Assembly (NCBI RefSeq): GCF_036321535.1 | Contig: NC_087437.1 | Span: forward strand, 107,820,001-107,884,000 | Direction: 5' to 3' | Length of the DNA stretch: 64,000 bases | Source of the DNA: Camelus dromedarius | Lineage: Eukaryota | Shown here: in pieces, positions 42,410-55,610 of the stretch | Numbering within the stretch: the stretch's first letter is position 1 | How the letters are laid out: every line of letters starts with the position of its first letter | Translations under genes and position numbers: made by a program | The notes under the pieces: model-generated | Seen by the model: the letters and a program-made list of their open reading frames with translations, nothing else | Told to the model about the DNA's origin: nothing | Databases searched by the model: none

Positions 42410-43030
42410 TCAATTAGATAAACACAAATACATCAATAGGAAAATTGACAAAGGATATGTGTAGGTGAAAAACTAACTAAAAGGCTGAAGTATCATTAAC
42501 TAAATGAAGAAATGCAATTTGAACAACAGTAGTCACTTTTGTATATCACTATGAAAATAACTGATGTTATTTATTTTTGTTACTGGTGGTTTACTGTGAT
42601 GTGATCTGTACAGTAACTTCTTTCCAAAAAGCAGTTTGGAAGAAAATCTTAAATGCCTCAGAAATGTTCACACACCTAGAAACAGTGATTTGTCTCTCTA
42701 GGAAATTATCTTATAGGATAATTAAATGTGCTCACAAATATTTCTGTATAAGTGTATTTAATATGTTATTATGTGTAATAGTAGAAAAAATTATGTACAT
42801 CCTAGGTGTTCAAAATAAGGGGTAATAAAAATATTCAATGCATTGATTTCATGCAGTAGATTATACATATATCCATTATACTCCAATTTCCTGAGCAATA
42901 TTTCCTGATATTTGGTATTCTCATAATTCATTTTTGAAAGAAAAGACCACAAGACACAAAACAGATTATAAAACATTATATAAAGTTTTAAGTATTTATA
43001 TTGCATAAACTGGGAGAAGATACATCACAA
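42410..43030 (+). mobile_element. Very old L1ME-like 3' fragment
   Basis: 'caataggaaaattgacaaaggatatg','cattaactaaatgaagaaatgcaattt','aacttctttccaaaaagcagtttgg'. Confidence 0.6.
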
Positions 43031-43123
43031 TATTCATTTCAATACCTGCATTGATTTGGCTAACAGAGAGCAGACATTTCCTGGGAAGCTAGAAGGGTAA
43101 GGAGCAAACTAGAACGGGGAACA

Positions 43124-43615
43124 TGTTTTGAGTTGAAATGTTTCTCACATAGTAGAGTACCTGGAATGTGACTGTATTTAAGACAGTATTTATCATCCAC
43201 AAATTTCAAAATCCCAATTTATCCCTTCCCACCCTATTTCCCCCAGTAACTGTAAGTTTGTTTTCTATGTCTATGAGTCTGTTTCTGTTTTGTAAATAAA
43301 TTTTAAAATGATAATATTTAAAGAGGTATTGAATTGAAATAATATAATTAGTGTGAGTTCTAAGCCAACATGACTAGTGTCTCTATAAAGAGGTGATTAG
43401 GATAGAGACACACAGGCACAAAGGAAAGACCACGTGAAGACAGAGAGAAGGTAGCATCTGCAAGCCAACAAGTCCTAAGAGTGGCCTCAGAGAATCAGCT
43501 CCTCCAACACTTTGATCATAGGCTTCCAGCCTCCAGAATTGGGAGAAAACAAATTTCTGTTTTAAGCCACCTAATCCATGGTACTTTGCAATGGCAGCCC
43601 TAGCAGACTAAAGCA
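43124..43615 (+). mobile_element. MLT1B-like MaLR solo LTR carrying an internal L1 fragment
   Basis: TG...CA termini with flanking gaaca/ggaca (5 bp TSD, one mismatch). Typical 3' end 'cttccagcctccagaattgggagaaaacaaatttctgttttaagccacctaatccatggtactttgcaatggcagccctagcagactaa'. Confidence 0.88.
43193..43309 (-). mobile_element. Internal piece of L1 3' UTR inserted in the LTR
   Basis: Directly homologous to 20960-21060 and 52780-52865 ('cccaatttatcccttccc...aagtttgttttctatgtctatgagtctgtttctgttttg'). Confidence 0.85.
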
Positions 43616-44458
43616 GGACACGAGAAGACACACTAAATAAGAAGATATGACAATTGGAATTTCCCAAATATGCAAATCACAGGCTCTAAATGAAAACTAA
43701 ACCATGACTGAAAAACTAGGAGGGCTTAACCATCACCAGGTCAATTCATTTTACTTCTGCTGTCTCAGTCTTATGACTGATCCTTTCCCTTCGGCCTGGT
43801 TGTTCTTTTGCAATACTTTACCATCTCCGAAAGTTTAAAGTTTCTGAATGCAACACCTGATTCTAGATACCACGGTTTAAAAAAAAAAATGATGATTGGA
43901 GAAGAGAAAATACTTAATATTTGAAAGCTATAAACTGGGTTTATGATTTTTGGGTTTAAGACTTGAATTTACCTCCCGAGAAGGGAAGTTTATTGTTTGC
44001 AGATAATCACTTTAATGGGCTTCCAATTATGCAACGTTTAGGAAAAGTTCCCATTCTGGGATGTTGATTCTCCAGACATTCTGGCTCCAGGAAACTAAAC
44101 CATGCTCCCAAATAATGTAAAAGACTTCATTCATTATGTCTGAAGATTAGTATCCCACTTAAAAAAGTTTCTTTTATAAATATGGATTTGGACTGTACTT
44201 CTGTTAATCATATTTATTGTTTCTTGGCAAGTGTATTGTGTGTGTGGTCTTGTTCTGGTGTTTGCTCAAGATATTGAAAGCAACAGTGTTGTGATGTATG
44301 TGGATCCCATGCCAGCTGAGGCACCTTAAAGTTGACTAGCCTGAGATCCCTGATATCTACTGTAGAATCTACAATTAAACATCCACTCATGGAGTTATTT
44401 TTATTTGGAATAATTCAGATATGGATAAATGTAGTGATATATAGAATCCATGTGTTCT

Positions 44459-44589
44459 TTTTTAAGCTTTTTTAGGGGGTGGTAGGTAATTAGGTTTATC
44501 TAATTTTTTTTAACGGACGTACTGGGGATTGAACCAAGGACCTCTTACATGCTAAGCACATGCTCTACCACTGAGCTATACCCTCCCCC
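44459..44589 (-). mobile_element. tRNA-derived SINE (camelid Vic-1-like)
   Basis: Minus strand 'GGGGGAGGGTATAGCTCAGTGGTAGAGCATGTGCTTAGCATGTAAGAGGTCCTTGGTTCAATCCCCAGTAC...TAAACCTAATTACC...A-tail', with Pol III A and B boxes. 17 bp TSD tagaa(tc/ct)catgtgttct at 44442-44458 and 44590-44606. Confidence 0.9.
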
Positions 44590-46852
44590 TAGAACTCATG
44601 TGTTCTGATGGATTATATTCATAAAGTCCAAAGACAAGGCCAACTTCTGTAAGTAGAGGGGGCTATTTTCCATGAAAAGAATTGGAATTTTCTCAACCCC
44701 AGTCATCTTGGAAAACACCCAGATTTGAATCAGAACCAGCACTAGAGAAGTATTCTTTAGACTTGGTAAGGGAGAAAGACAGCAATAAAATTATTTTCTT
44801 TAGCCCATTGGGAAACTCAGGTGCTGAGCTCCAGGTAAGAGTGACTCAAGAATATACTCACTGGGGAACACTAAGAGAGCTCCTGAACTTGGAAGTGAGT
44901 TAAACATAATCACAGAAGGGCTTATGCAGCACAAAGGCAACCACAGTTTTGATTTTTTTTCCAAGTCATCTATGTGGAAGTTTCCTTTCCCTACATTCAT
45001 ATTTACTCATTGTTTTCCAGATGCTGGAAAGATCGCTGTGCCTCTAAATGTTATACTGAGTACCTAGGCTCATTCGTGAAAGGATCTTTCTAATTAATTA
45101 AACAGATCCCACTGACCATAGAAAATAATGTGACTAATAGAATGAAATCAAGATTCTAGTCTGGTCTTAGAATCTAAATAGATCTCTGGTCTTGACCAAG
45201 AATCTCAGATTCTTTGTGCTTCTGGTCCTAAATAAGGGACTTGAGCAAGTTGATCATTAGGGTCAACCACCAACATTAGCATTTGCTGGTTTATTGCATG
45301 TTATTGACATCTAAGAATCATTATTTTTGAGCATTTACACTGCACTGAGTTGCATATGTGAAGAGAGGGTCATGCAGAATTACTGAATTTTTCAGTTCCT
45401 GAAATTGAATTGGAACTCTTGTCACAAGAGGTCCTTCTTAATGTTTTTTTTTTCTTAACAGAAAAAAGTATGGTAGAAATGTACTCTTCTTCCTCTTTTC
45501 CCTGCTCTGCTTTACTCTCCCACACAAAGACTGAAATCCCATGACTCTGTAAGTAATGCCTTGATAATTTTCTGGAAGATACATTGAATCAATACGAAAA
45601 TGGATTTTTAATAACTCTTTAAGTCTTTAGAAAATATTTTTCGTTTATCACGTGCCATCATTTTTGACTCATCATTATCTTTAAAAATTTATCCGTGATT
45701 TTCACATCACAGACCAGATGGTCCAAAATCAAGCACTCTCAGCTCATGTCACCTTTTAAACTCATTCAGAAGGTTGTTCCATTAAATATGGAGACTATAT
45801 TTTTCAACCTTTTAACATCCTGATTGATGTAGTTTGATTTAAACTTATGTGTCAGTAAGGATTCAGTTTAGAAAATATAAACCATGTTAGATATTTTAAG
45901 GAAAGAGGGACATAATGTAGGTACTCTGTATAATGCAGATGTATAGTAATTGAAAGTGTCCAAGGAACAAGTTCTAAAGTAATCCAAAAGGAGAATTATT
46001 TGTCTGTGGCCACCACTGAAGTCACACTGTCTTTAACATCAGAAACCTGAAAAAAGGGATTTCCAAAGCCTCATGTTAAAAGTAAGGGAGCCACATCAAT
46101 AGTCTCTTTATCTTGACACTCAGGGTTTCTGAAGAATAAATCCTATTACCTCCTCAACCTTGCCGAGCAGCATCAATGTTAAGAAATTACAGGGTGATTG
46201 TCTATAACTCATATTTGCCTTTCAGTTGTGCTTGAATGCCTCTGGTTCTATGACCCTAATTCACTTTCAATACCCAGACTTCAGAGAAGTCTTGGAAACG
46301 TGGTTTAATCCTTCTAGCCTCTTCAAATACAAGGCAGATGAAATGGGAATTGAGAGCCAATCCAAATATCAGAGACACATTTTTTTCAAGTCAAAATACT
46401 CATAATCAGCATTATTTTAATCTAAGCAAACACTTTGGGAAAGAAGACATTCTTCAGGTCAAAATATTTGATTTGATGAAAATATTAGTAACACGAAACA
46501 TTCAAGGAACATGAAGTTCACTCATCTGAAATAGTTTGCGATATCTCTTGGCTTTTCTGTTAATTTTGTCTACAGTTTTTTCATTGAAAATCACTCTAGG
46601 AAACAAATCTTGATTTCCGATTTTAGCCACATGTCACATTGACTCAAAATCTGTAGAGCTACTGAGGTGCTTCCCTTTTTGAATATTAAAAAAAAAACTA
46701 CGAAAATTTTCATTTTTTTACTTAAAATTTATGCAAATGTTTCATGTTTTCAGTCTCTTTTGAATTGAAAATATTAAAATTCTTATATAGGCTAAAGTGA
46801 ACAATTTATGGTTTGCTAATAATTTATTTGCTAGTAAGTGTTAGCATTTTTA

Positions 46853-47005
46853 TTTATTTATTTTTTAATTGGAACATCTGGATTATTTGTTTAACACCTT
46901 TATTGGGGTGTAAACAGTAAACTATATATATTTCAGATGTACAATTTGATGAATTTTGATAAATGTATATAGACCTATGAAACCACCAGCACAATGTAGG
47001 TAGCT
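46853..47005 (-). mobile_element. Short TSD-flanked retroposed insert (old L1 3' end, extra sequence, A-rich tail)
   Basis: Perfect 16 bp direct repeat 'agtgttagcattttta' at 46837-46852 and 47006-47021, with a T-rich tail on the left. Confidence 0.85.
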
Positions 47006-47809
47006 AGTGTTAGCATTTTTAAATTAAATAAATTAAATTTGATTTTCACAAACCTATGAGATGACTAATCACAGGTTCATTGCCGAATATTCCATTTGAC
47101 CCCAATAAGCTGCATTGTAAAAGCCATCATACTCTAGGCATTGTAACACCTGGAGATCTTTTGTAATATCATATATGCACATATAAAAACATGGCCACAT
47201 CTCAAGTTAAATATCAGTGTATGCTTTAAAATACTGACAGAATTTTGTATATCTTTTTTCTTTTGAAGTTGCTATTTGAACTATGTTAATTTATGCTTGG
47301 CTTTTATTTCTGGAAGATTATCATGCCATCTTGAAAGTTCATGCCAAATTAAACATAAGCTAACCTTTAAATACTTTTCAAATATTATAAACTTCTTTTC
47401 AATATTACCTTCTTAATCAAGTTCACGTGCTACTTATGTGGATATTTAATTAAAAATTTTTTAATTTCTATTTTGTGATGGTACTTGAATAGATTGAGGA
47501 TGGTTTTGTTTCACTTTGTTTTTTACCACCTCAGCTATTCCTATGGGCCCCTGAAAAGCTGTTTGGCTCTGTTCACCGAGGCTATAGTGCCCAAAACCTG
47601 AACAGCCTGATCTTTAAAGTGATCGGCGATGCCTGTGCTCCCAAGTCCAGCCTGTGCCTAAAAGGCACAGCTCCTGGCTTCTGTGACTTCCTCTGGGTTT
47701 TCCCTCTCTTTTTTCCTCCCAGGGAGTATGTATCTTGTTTACACCTGTATTGTGGTCTGTTGCTTACATATATCAATCATCTTTGTATAAGCGTCCCCCC
47801 AAGGGATGG

Positions 47810-48340
47810 TGTATTACATACTATATTGTAGACCTGCCAAAACAAAGTACCACAAACTGTGTAGCTGACACAATAGAAATATGTTGTCAAAAAAAAAAAG
47901 AAAGAAATATATTATTTCAAGTTCTAAAGGCTAGGAGTCCAAGCTCAAGATATCCAGAGTTGTTCCTTTCTGAGGGCTACGTGGAACAATCAGTTCTGTG
48001 CCTCTCTCCAGGTTCTGGATGCCTGCTGGCCATCTTCAGCATTCCCTGGTTTCTGCTGTATCACTCTGATCTCTGACTTAATCTTCACAGGATGCTCTCC
48101 CTGGGGGTCCAAACTTCTGGACAGTTTAAATTCTGTCTCCAAATGTCCCCTTTTAACAGAACACTTGTTGTATTGGATTAGAGGACCACCCTACTCCTCT
48201 ATGACTTCACCTTCACTCAATAAATTACATCTGCAAAGCATATTTCTAAATAAAGTCACATTGTGAGGTACTAGGGATTAGGACTTTGACATATCCATCG
48301 GTTGGGGCAGACGAGATACACAAATTCTAGCCACAATATA
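47810..48340 (-). mobile_element. MLT1C-like MaLR LTR
   Basis: 'aacaaagtaccacaaactgtgtagct...gttctaaaggctaggagtccaag...attacatctgcaaagcatatttctaaataaagtcacattgtgaggtactagggattaggact'. Confidence 0.85.
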
Positions 48341-50959
48341 TACAATTATTGTTGAATAAAGTTGTTTGGTTTTTGTTTGTGTTTTGATGAACAGTCTGTG
48401 TACAATGTTTGCTTAATCAGTGTGGTAATTCTGGGGGGAAAAAACCTCATTCAATGTCAGTGTCAGCAGTGGGTAACTCACCACAACAAGCAAACTATTT
48501 TGCATCCGATGCTAAGACTTTCCTTCCCGAGCCAATGTGGTGATGTACCTGGTAGACTTGGGAAAGAGAAAGAATAAAATATCTTATCCCCGTTTGTGCC
48601 AAAGCAGATTCATTTGCAGAACTTACTCTATGTTTTTCATATGCTTTGGCATTAAAGAAAATTTTAAAAAGTGTTTTGCTTTATTTATTTTTTCTCTCTT
48701 GGTTTCTCTTTGATGATTTTCCAACCACTAAGAATGTTGTGCATTAACAAGGGCAAGCCCAAATTAAAGGAAGCTAGTGGTTTGGCAGTTGGAAATAGTT
48801 AGAAATAGTTTCGCTAAAATATCTTTCCACTGCCATGTTTTAACTTGTTTTAATAGGACTGAATATATCCTTTTATTAGTTGTAGAAAAGCTTATGAATA
48901 TTTACCTGTCTGTTAGGTGTATCTATTACCAGGAACACAGAGGGGAGTCTCTTTCACTTTAGGACACTGTTCGTTTGCTGAGCGTGGGCTGGGGAAAACC
49001 CAGCTTTGGCTCATGTTAGTGGAAAGTCACTCAGTGGGGAGAGGAGAGGACAGTGCTCCTATTTCCTTATCTGTATAATGAGTATTTAGTTTCCATGGTC
49101 CTTGAAAATTCACATCAACAGCAACAGTGTTGTAACAGAGTTCCACTTTTATTCAAACTTCTGGGCAGCCGCCCTTTCATTTTGCTTCTTTAAATGGGAC
49201 AACTGAAGACATGCCGACTTTGTTTTTGAGGGGCGTAGGTTCAAATGGAAGCTTGGTAACTCTAGCAGTTGTATTGTTTACATCCTTTGCAGCTTCAATT
49301 TCCTCAAGCATCAAGTGGAGGTGATAGGACTTCTCTTACAGTTTAATAATAGTGAGGGTTGAAACTGAGTAAGGTCCACTGTGGAAAATATATATTGTGT
49401 AGTGTCTAATCTCAGCTCATTTGGGAACAATTTTTTGTTGAGGTATTTGATCATTTCCTTCTCACTGAGATTTACCAGTTTTACCATGCTGTGCTTTATG
49501 TTTGTTTCCGTGTTCTAGTTGGTTCCCTTTCCAATGTGGAAAGTTTTCTTCCATGATGCTGTAGATTACCATTTTTGTTTTGTGTATTTTTTTTTTTAAT
49601 TTGTAGATTACCTCTATGTGATTTATTTTTTCTAAGGACAAAATGCTCTCTTACTTCCAATTAATTCCTTCTGTTCTCTGGAAGAGTTTCTCTGGTCTTT
49701 CTTCTCTTTAATTTGTGTTTCCCACAACATTGCTTTTGTTATTTACTGCTTCTGATGGTGATTTTATTGGGCACAGTTGGTTGACTTTTTGCTGTCCATT
49801 TGACGACCCCCTACCATGTAGGAGTCTTGAGGTTTGTCAATCAGACTGAAGTCAAGTTGTGGAAATGGAACTCTTCCTTCTGGCAGTGTTTGGAATTTAC
49901 AGTTAAAAATTACACACCTACTTCAACCATTTTGCTTCCCAGAGAGAAGCAGAGCTGGGGCCAAATTCAACCTGATAAGAAGAGAAATACTGAGAAAGAA
50001 ATGGGAGAAAAACACAAGAGCTCTGATCAAACCCTGCCTGAAGCCTGACCTAACTGGACTTTGACGTTAAGTAAGACAACATATGTTCTTAAGGGCTAAA
50101 TTACTTTGAGTTGGATTTTTTTTTACTTAAAACTTGAATATTTTAACCTATTTACTTTCCTGTATTATGTTCCATTGACCTTTTAACTTATCTGTTTCAT
50201 TTCCTCAGTAAGAGGAAAGATGAAATTTTATTCCAAAGGTTTTGATATAAAATGTAGTTAACTTTAGATAATGGCTATCATCTATTCCTATTTAAATAAA
50301 AGGACAATTGAAACTGTTCAACATAAATGGACAAATTAAAAATCAGTACAGCAAAATTAAACAAATAAAAATTTACCATTTTGTAATATTTTAATAATTC
50401 TCATTTTTTTCCTTTTATCCATATTTCCAAAAATAAAATTTACAGATTCTAGCTATTCTTGCTAATTTTAATTGTTTCTGAGAGTCTTCAGTTATTTTAA
50501 GGGCTCTTGAGCAAGCAGTTTCTTGAAATATACAGTCATTGCTTTATTACTAAGGAAGGATCCAGAATCTTCATTTTAAGTGATCTGTGCCTATGACAAG
50601 CTTTCATATCTTTATTGATCTGGCTTTTCATTGCCTGTTTCTCGTGTCTTAGGGGGCCCCACCCCTCTAGGGACTGTGACCTGAAATGAATCCTCATCAC
50701 TTCATTCAAAATAGTGACTTACCCGCCCTCCAAATTTACAACCCTGTTAGGCTACTCTGTGTCCTTTCCACAGCACATGATTCTTTCCAATCGCCTCTAC
50801 ATTTTACCTTCATTATTTTTATTGTTATTCCACTTCCTCTCAGCTTGTCAGATTCAGTGTTTTTTTTCTTATTCTTTTGTTTCACTGAGGCATTCCAATA
50901 CTACTGGGAACATACAGGACCCTGAAGGACCATGGGATGAATACACATATACCTACGCA

Positions 50960-51310
50960 CATGCATACACACACACACATACACTTGGACATGTTTTCAC
51001 TTGTTTGTTTTGTGTTATGTTTTACAAAGAGGATTCTATTTCTCACTTCTCTCTGTATGTTCATTTTTATTTACTTATTAATATACATGAGGAGCCTGCC
51101 TCCACATGACATAGATGGCAAACTAAAATGGTATCTCATTTTCCAATTCATTCTTTGGCTACCTTTGAAATTTTGTTTTCATACATTTGAGGTTTTTGCC
51201 TTTCATTTGCTGTGATAAACATCACTTCCCTAACTTTCCATTCATTGTGTCTCTTAACCATTTACAGAAAGAATTTTATTGGTGATTTTAATCCTTTGTC
51301 TTTCATGTGT
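50960..51310 (-). mobile_element. Very old L1ME-like fragment
   Basis: 'tgacatagatggcaaactaaaatggtatctcatttt...ttctttggctacc' resembles the antisense L1 ORF2 end. Confidence 0.45.
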
Positions 51311-52569
51311 TGCTTTTTGACATTGTATTAGCTAACAAATTTTTACATGCTATATTTTTTTTCAATTTGTAACTTGAAAGACATTGCTTCCTTGGACATT
51401 TAGAATTTATAGCTACTTTATTTGCCATAATTGATGTCTTCCTATATTATAACAAAAAACTTTTATTTAAAAACTGCCTTTCAAATACAGAGGGATACAT
51501 TTGTTCTCATTAAAGAAAAATTAAAGACAGTATATTTGCTGAGAATTTAGATGTAATAAACATTTTAGGTTCACTCACTCTTGTAATGTTTTTGTGGTGT
51601 TCTCCACACAAAGCTCAGTGTTTAGACATTTAAATATAGATCACTAAAGGACCATACGACTTGCTTGCTTTTACATCCTTTAGTGTTATTAAAGTTTTTA
51701 TAACAGCATTTAAAATCTTTTGTCTACTTAGGTTTAGATAATAATAAAGTTTAAGACTTTTAGAAGTAAGGATAGACTGAGTAACCCTGATATTCCAATG
51801 GCTTGACAAGATAAAAGATCCTTTCTTGTTTATACAGTGGTTCAACACTGAGCTAATGCCTGAGGTTTGACAACTCCTCTGAGAGTCTTCTCTCTAAGTG
51901 GTAATTTAGGGTTTGAGTTTCCTTTCACCCTTTGCTCTGTATCCTTGCTGTGCTTTTGCTCTGTTGGCAGACAGAAACACACATATGGGACTGCTTGGGA
52001 ATATTAATGGATCTGTGAGCATCATACTTTGTTTCTAGTCATTTGTTGACTACCCCTTGGCCACTACTAAGTCATATGACCCACCCAATTGAAAAGATGT
52101 CCAGGAGGGGTTTAATGAATGTGTATTATCTGCTGCAAAAATGAAGATAAAAACTGATTTTTCTTAAAAGTTGATGATTACCTACAAAAAAAATTCAAAA
52201 CTATTTAGAACAGAAGTCTGGGCCAGAGGTATGATGCATTCTTTTATTTTTCTGCCTGCACAATATTCACATGTACACCCCATTTAAAGACTCCCTCAAT
52301 ACCAAGTGATATTAACTGGGACTCCAATCGTGTGCCCGTGTCAAAGGAACACTGGCATCAAATGTGGAGCCAAAAAGAACATGACTCATGCCAATTGAAA
52401 AGTATTGTTACAGACATTTTCAACATTAGTGACATAAAAATAGCAGTTAATACCTGGGAGACTATAATAAATGATTTCCATTTAATCAAATAGCTTAAAA
52501 TATAAAAGAAGGTATCTGTATATTTATATGCATATCTGTGTCTTTATTATTGATCTATGAAGATTGATT

Positions 52570-55310
52570 CTTTATTTATTTATTTATTTTTAACATTTTT
52601 TATTGAGTTATAGTCATTTTACAATGTTGTGTCAATTTCCAGTGTAGAGCACAATTTTTCAGTTATACGTGAACATACATATATTTATTGTCACATTTTT
52701 TTTCACTGTGAACTACCACAAGATCTTGTATATATTTCCCTGTGGTATACAGTATAATCTTGTTTATCTATTCTACATTTTGAAATCCCAGTCTGTCCCT
52801 TCCCACCCCCCGCCCCCTTGGCAACCACAAGTTTGTATTCTATGTCTATGAGTCAGTTTCTGTTTTGTATCTATGTTTTGTTTTGTTTTGTTTTTTTAGA
52901 TTCCACATATGAGTGATCTCGTATGGTATTTTTCTTTCTCTTTCTGGCTTACTTCACTTAGAATGTTGCTGCAAATGGTGTTATGTTTTCGGTTTTTATG
53001 GCTGAATAGTATTCCATTGTATAAATATACCACTACTTCTTTATCCAGTCATCTGTTGATAGACGTTTAGGCTGTCTCCATGTCTTGGCTATTGTAAATA
53101 GTGCTACTATGAACATTGGGGTGCGGGTGTCTTTGAAGTAGGGTTAATTCTGGATATATGCCCAGGAGTGGGATTCCTGTGTCATATGGTAAGTCTATTC
53201 CTAGTCTTTTGAAGAATCTCCATACTGTTTTGCACAGTGGCTGCACCAAACTGCATTCCCACCAGCAGTGTAGGAGGGTTCCCTTTTCTCCACAGCCTCT
53301 CCAGCATTTGCCATTTGTGGGCTTTTGAATGACAGCCATTCTGACTGGTGTGAGGTGATACCTCTTTGTAGTTTTGATTTGCATTTCTCTGATAATTAGT
53401 GATACTGAGCATTTTTTCATGTGCCTATTGATTATTTGTATGTCTACCTTGGAGAATTGCTTGTTTAGGTCTTCTGCCCATTTTTGGATTGGGTTGTTTG
53501 TTTTTTTCTTATTAAGTCATATGAGCTGCTTATATATTCTGGAGATCAAGCCTTTGTCGGTTTCACTTGCAAAAATTTTCTCCCATTCCGTAGGTTGTCT
53601 TTTTGTTTTACTTATGGTTTCCTTTGCTGTGCAGAAGCTTGTAGGTTTCATTAGGTCCCATTTGTTGATTCTTGCTTTTATTTCTATTGCTTGAGTAGAC
53701 TGTCCTAGGAGAACATTTCTGAGATTTATGTCAGATAATGTTTTGCCTATATTTTCTTCAAGGAGGTTTATTGTATCTTGTCTTATGTTTAAGTCTTTGA
53801 TCTATTTTGAGTTGATTTTTGTGTGTGGTTTAAGGGAGTGTTCTAGCTTCACTGATTTACATGCTGCTGTCCAGTTTTCCCAACACTATTCGCTGAAGAG
53901 ACTGTCTTTATTCCATTGTATATTCTTGCCTCCTTTGTTAAAGATTAGTTGACCAAAAGTTTGTGGGTTCATTTCTGGGCTCTCTGTTCTGTTCCATTGG
54001 TCTATATGTCTGTTTTTGTACCAGTACCATGCTGTCTTGATGACTGTAGCTCTGTAGCGTTGTCTGAAGTCTGGGAGAGTTATCCCTCCAGCCTCTTTCT
54101 TTCTCTTCAGTAATGCTTTGGCAATTCTAGGTCTTCGATGGTTCCATATAAATTTTATTATGATTTGTTCTAGTTCTGTGAAATATGTCCTGGGTAATTT
54201 GATAGGGATTGCATTAAATCTGTAGATTGCCTTGGGCAGTGTGACCATTTTAACAATATTGATTCTTCCAATCCAGGAGCATGGGCTATCTTTCCATTTT
54301 TTAAAGTCTTCTTTAATTTCCTTCATCAATGGTTTATAGATTTCTGTGTATAATTCTTTCACCTCCTTGGTTAGATTTACTCCTGGGTATTTTATTACTT
54401 TGAGTGCTATTTTAAAGGGGATTGTTTCTTTACTTTCTTTTTCTGTTGATTAATCATTAGTGTAAAGAAATGCAACTGATTTTTGAACATTAATCTTGTA
54501 ACCTGCTACCTTGCTGAATTCTTCAATCAGCTCTAGTAGTTTTTGTGTGGACCTTTTAGGGTTTTCTATATATAGTAACATGTCATTGGCATATGGTGAC
54601 ACTTTTACCTCTTCTTTTCCAATTTGGATCTCTTTGATTTCTCTCTTTGCCTGACTGCTGTGGCTAGAACTTCCAAGACTATTTGAAGAGGAGTGGTGAT
54701 TGTGGGTATTCTTGTCTTGTCCCAGATTTTAGTGGGAAGCTTTTGAGTTTTTCACTATTGAGTACTATGCTGGCTGTAGGTTTGTCATATATAGCTTTTA
54801 TTATGTTGAGATATGTTCCCTCTATACCCACTTTTGTGAGAGTTTTTATCATAAATGGGTGTTGAATTTTATCAAATGCTTTTTCTGCATCTATTGAGAT
54901 GATCATGTGATTTTTGTCCTCTCTCTTGTTGATGTGATGTATTACACTGATTGATTTGCATATGCTGAACCACCCTTGTGTCCCTGGGATGAACCCTACT
55001 TGATCATGATGTGTAATCTTTTTTATGTGCTGCTGGATTCTATTTGCTAATATTTTGGTGAGGATTTTTTCATCTATGTTCATCAGTGATATTGGCCTAT
55101 AATTCTCTTTTTTGGTAGTGTCTTTGCCTAGTTTTGGTATCAGGGTGATGGTGGCTTCATAGAATGAGTTTGGGAGTATTCCCTCCTTTTCAATCTTCTG
55201 GAAGAGTTGGTAAGTACTGGCATGAGTTCTTCTTTGTATGTTTTGGTAGAATTCCCCAGTGAAGCCTTCCGGTCCTGGACTTTTATTTGTAGGGAGGTTT
55301 TTTTATTGCT
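52570..55310 (-). mobile_element. Relatively young 5'-truncated L1 (about 2.74 kb: Z region, RT, Cys-rich domain, 3' UTR, A-tail), disabled
   Basis: ORF2 pieces '[25 protein letters not shown]...[15 protein letters not shown]', '[18 protein letters not shown]...[15 protein letters not shown]' and '[18 protein letters not shown]'. Perfect 16 bp TSD 'tctatgaagattgatt' at 52554-52569 and 55311-55326. Frameshifts and stops break ORF2. Confidence 0.97.
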
Positions 55311-55362
55311 TCTATGAAGATTGATTAATGAATAAACTAACCATATCCTTTTTCTTATAGAT

Positions 55363-55610
55363 ATTTTTATTGATGTATAGTCAATTTGCAATTTTATGTC
55401 AATTTCTAGTGTATAGCATAGTGCTTCAGTCATATATGAACATATATATATATTCATTTTCATATTCTTTTTCACCATAAGTTACTACAAAATATTGAAA
55501 ACAGTTCCCTGTGCTATACAGCATGAACTTGTCATTTATTGTGTGTGTGTTTGTGTATATATATATATATATATATCTGCAAATCTTGAGCTCCCAATTT
55601 ATCTCTCATA
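55363..55610 (-). mobile_element. Short 3' end of lineage-specific L1 with internal (TG)n(TA)n
   Basis: 'tttttattgatgtatagtcaatttgcaattttatgtcaatttctagtgtatagcatagtgcttcagtcatatatgaac...', homologous to 20755-20980. Confidence 0.88.

Noticed and set aside
44520..44589. tRNA gene
   Set aside because: It has a SINE tail, A-tract and TSD, and imperfect stems, so it is treated as a SINE.
45150..45215. Short inverted repeats (agattcta...tagaatct)
   Set aside because: An 8 bp stem within probable decayed MIR sequence is expected by chance.
53374..53952. Hydrophobic plus-strand ORFs resembling membrane proteins
   Set aside because: They are antisense translations of L1 ORF2.
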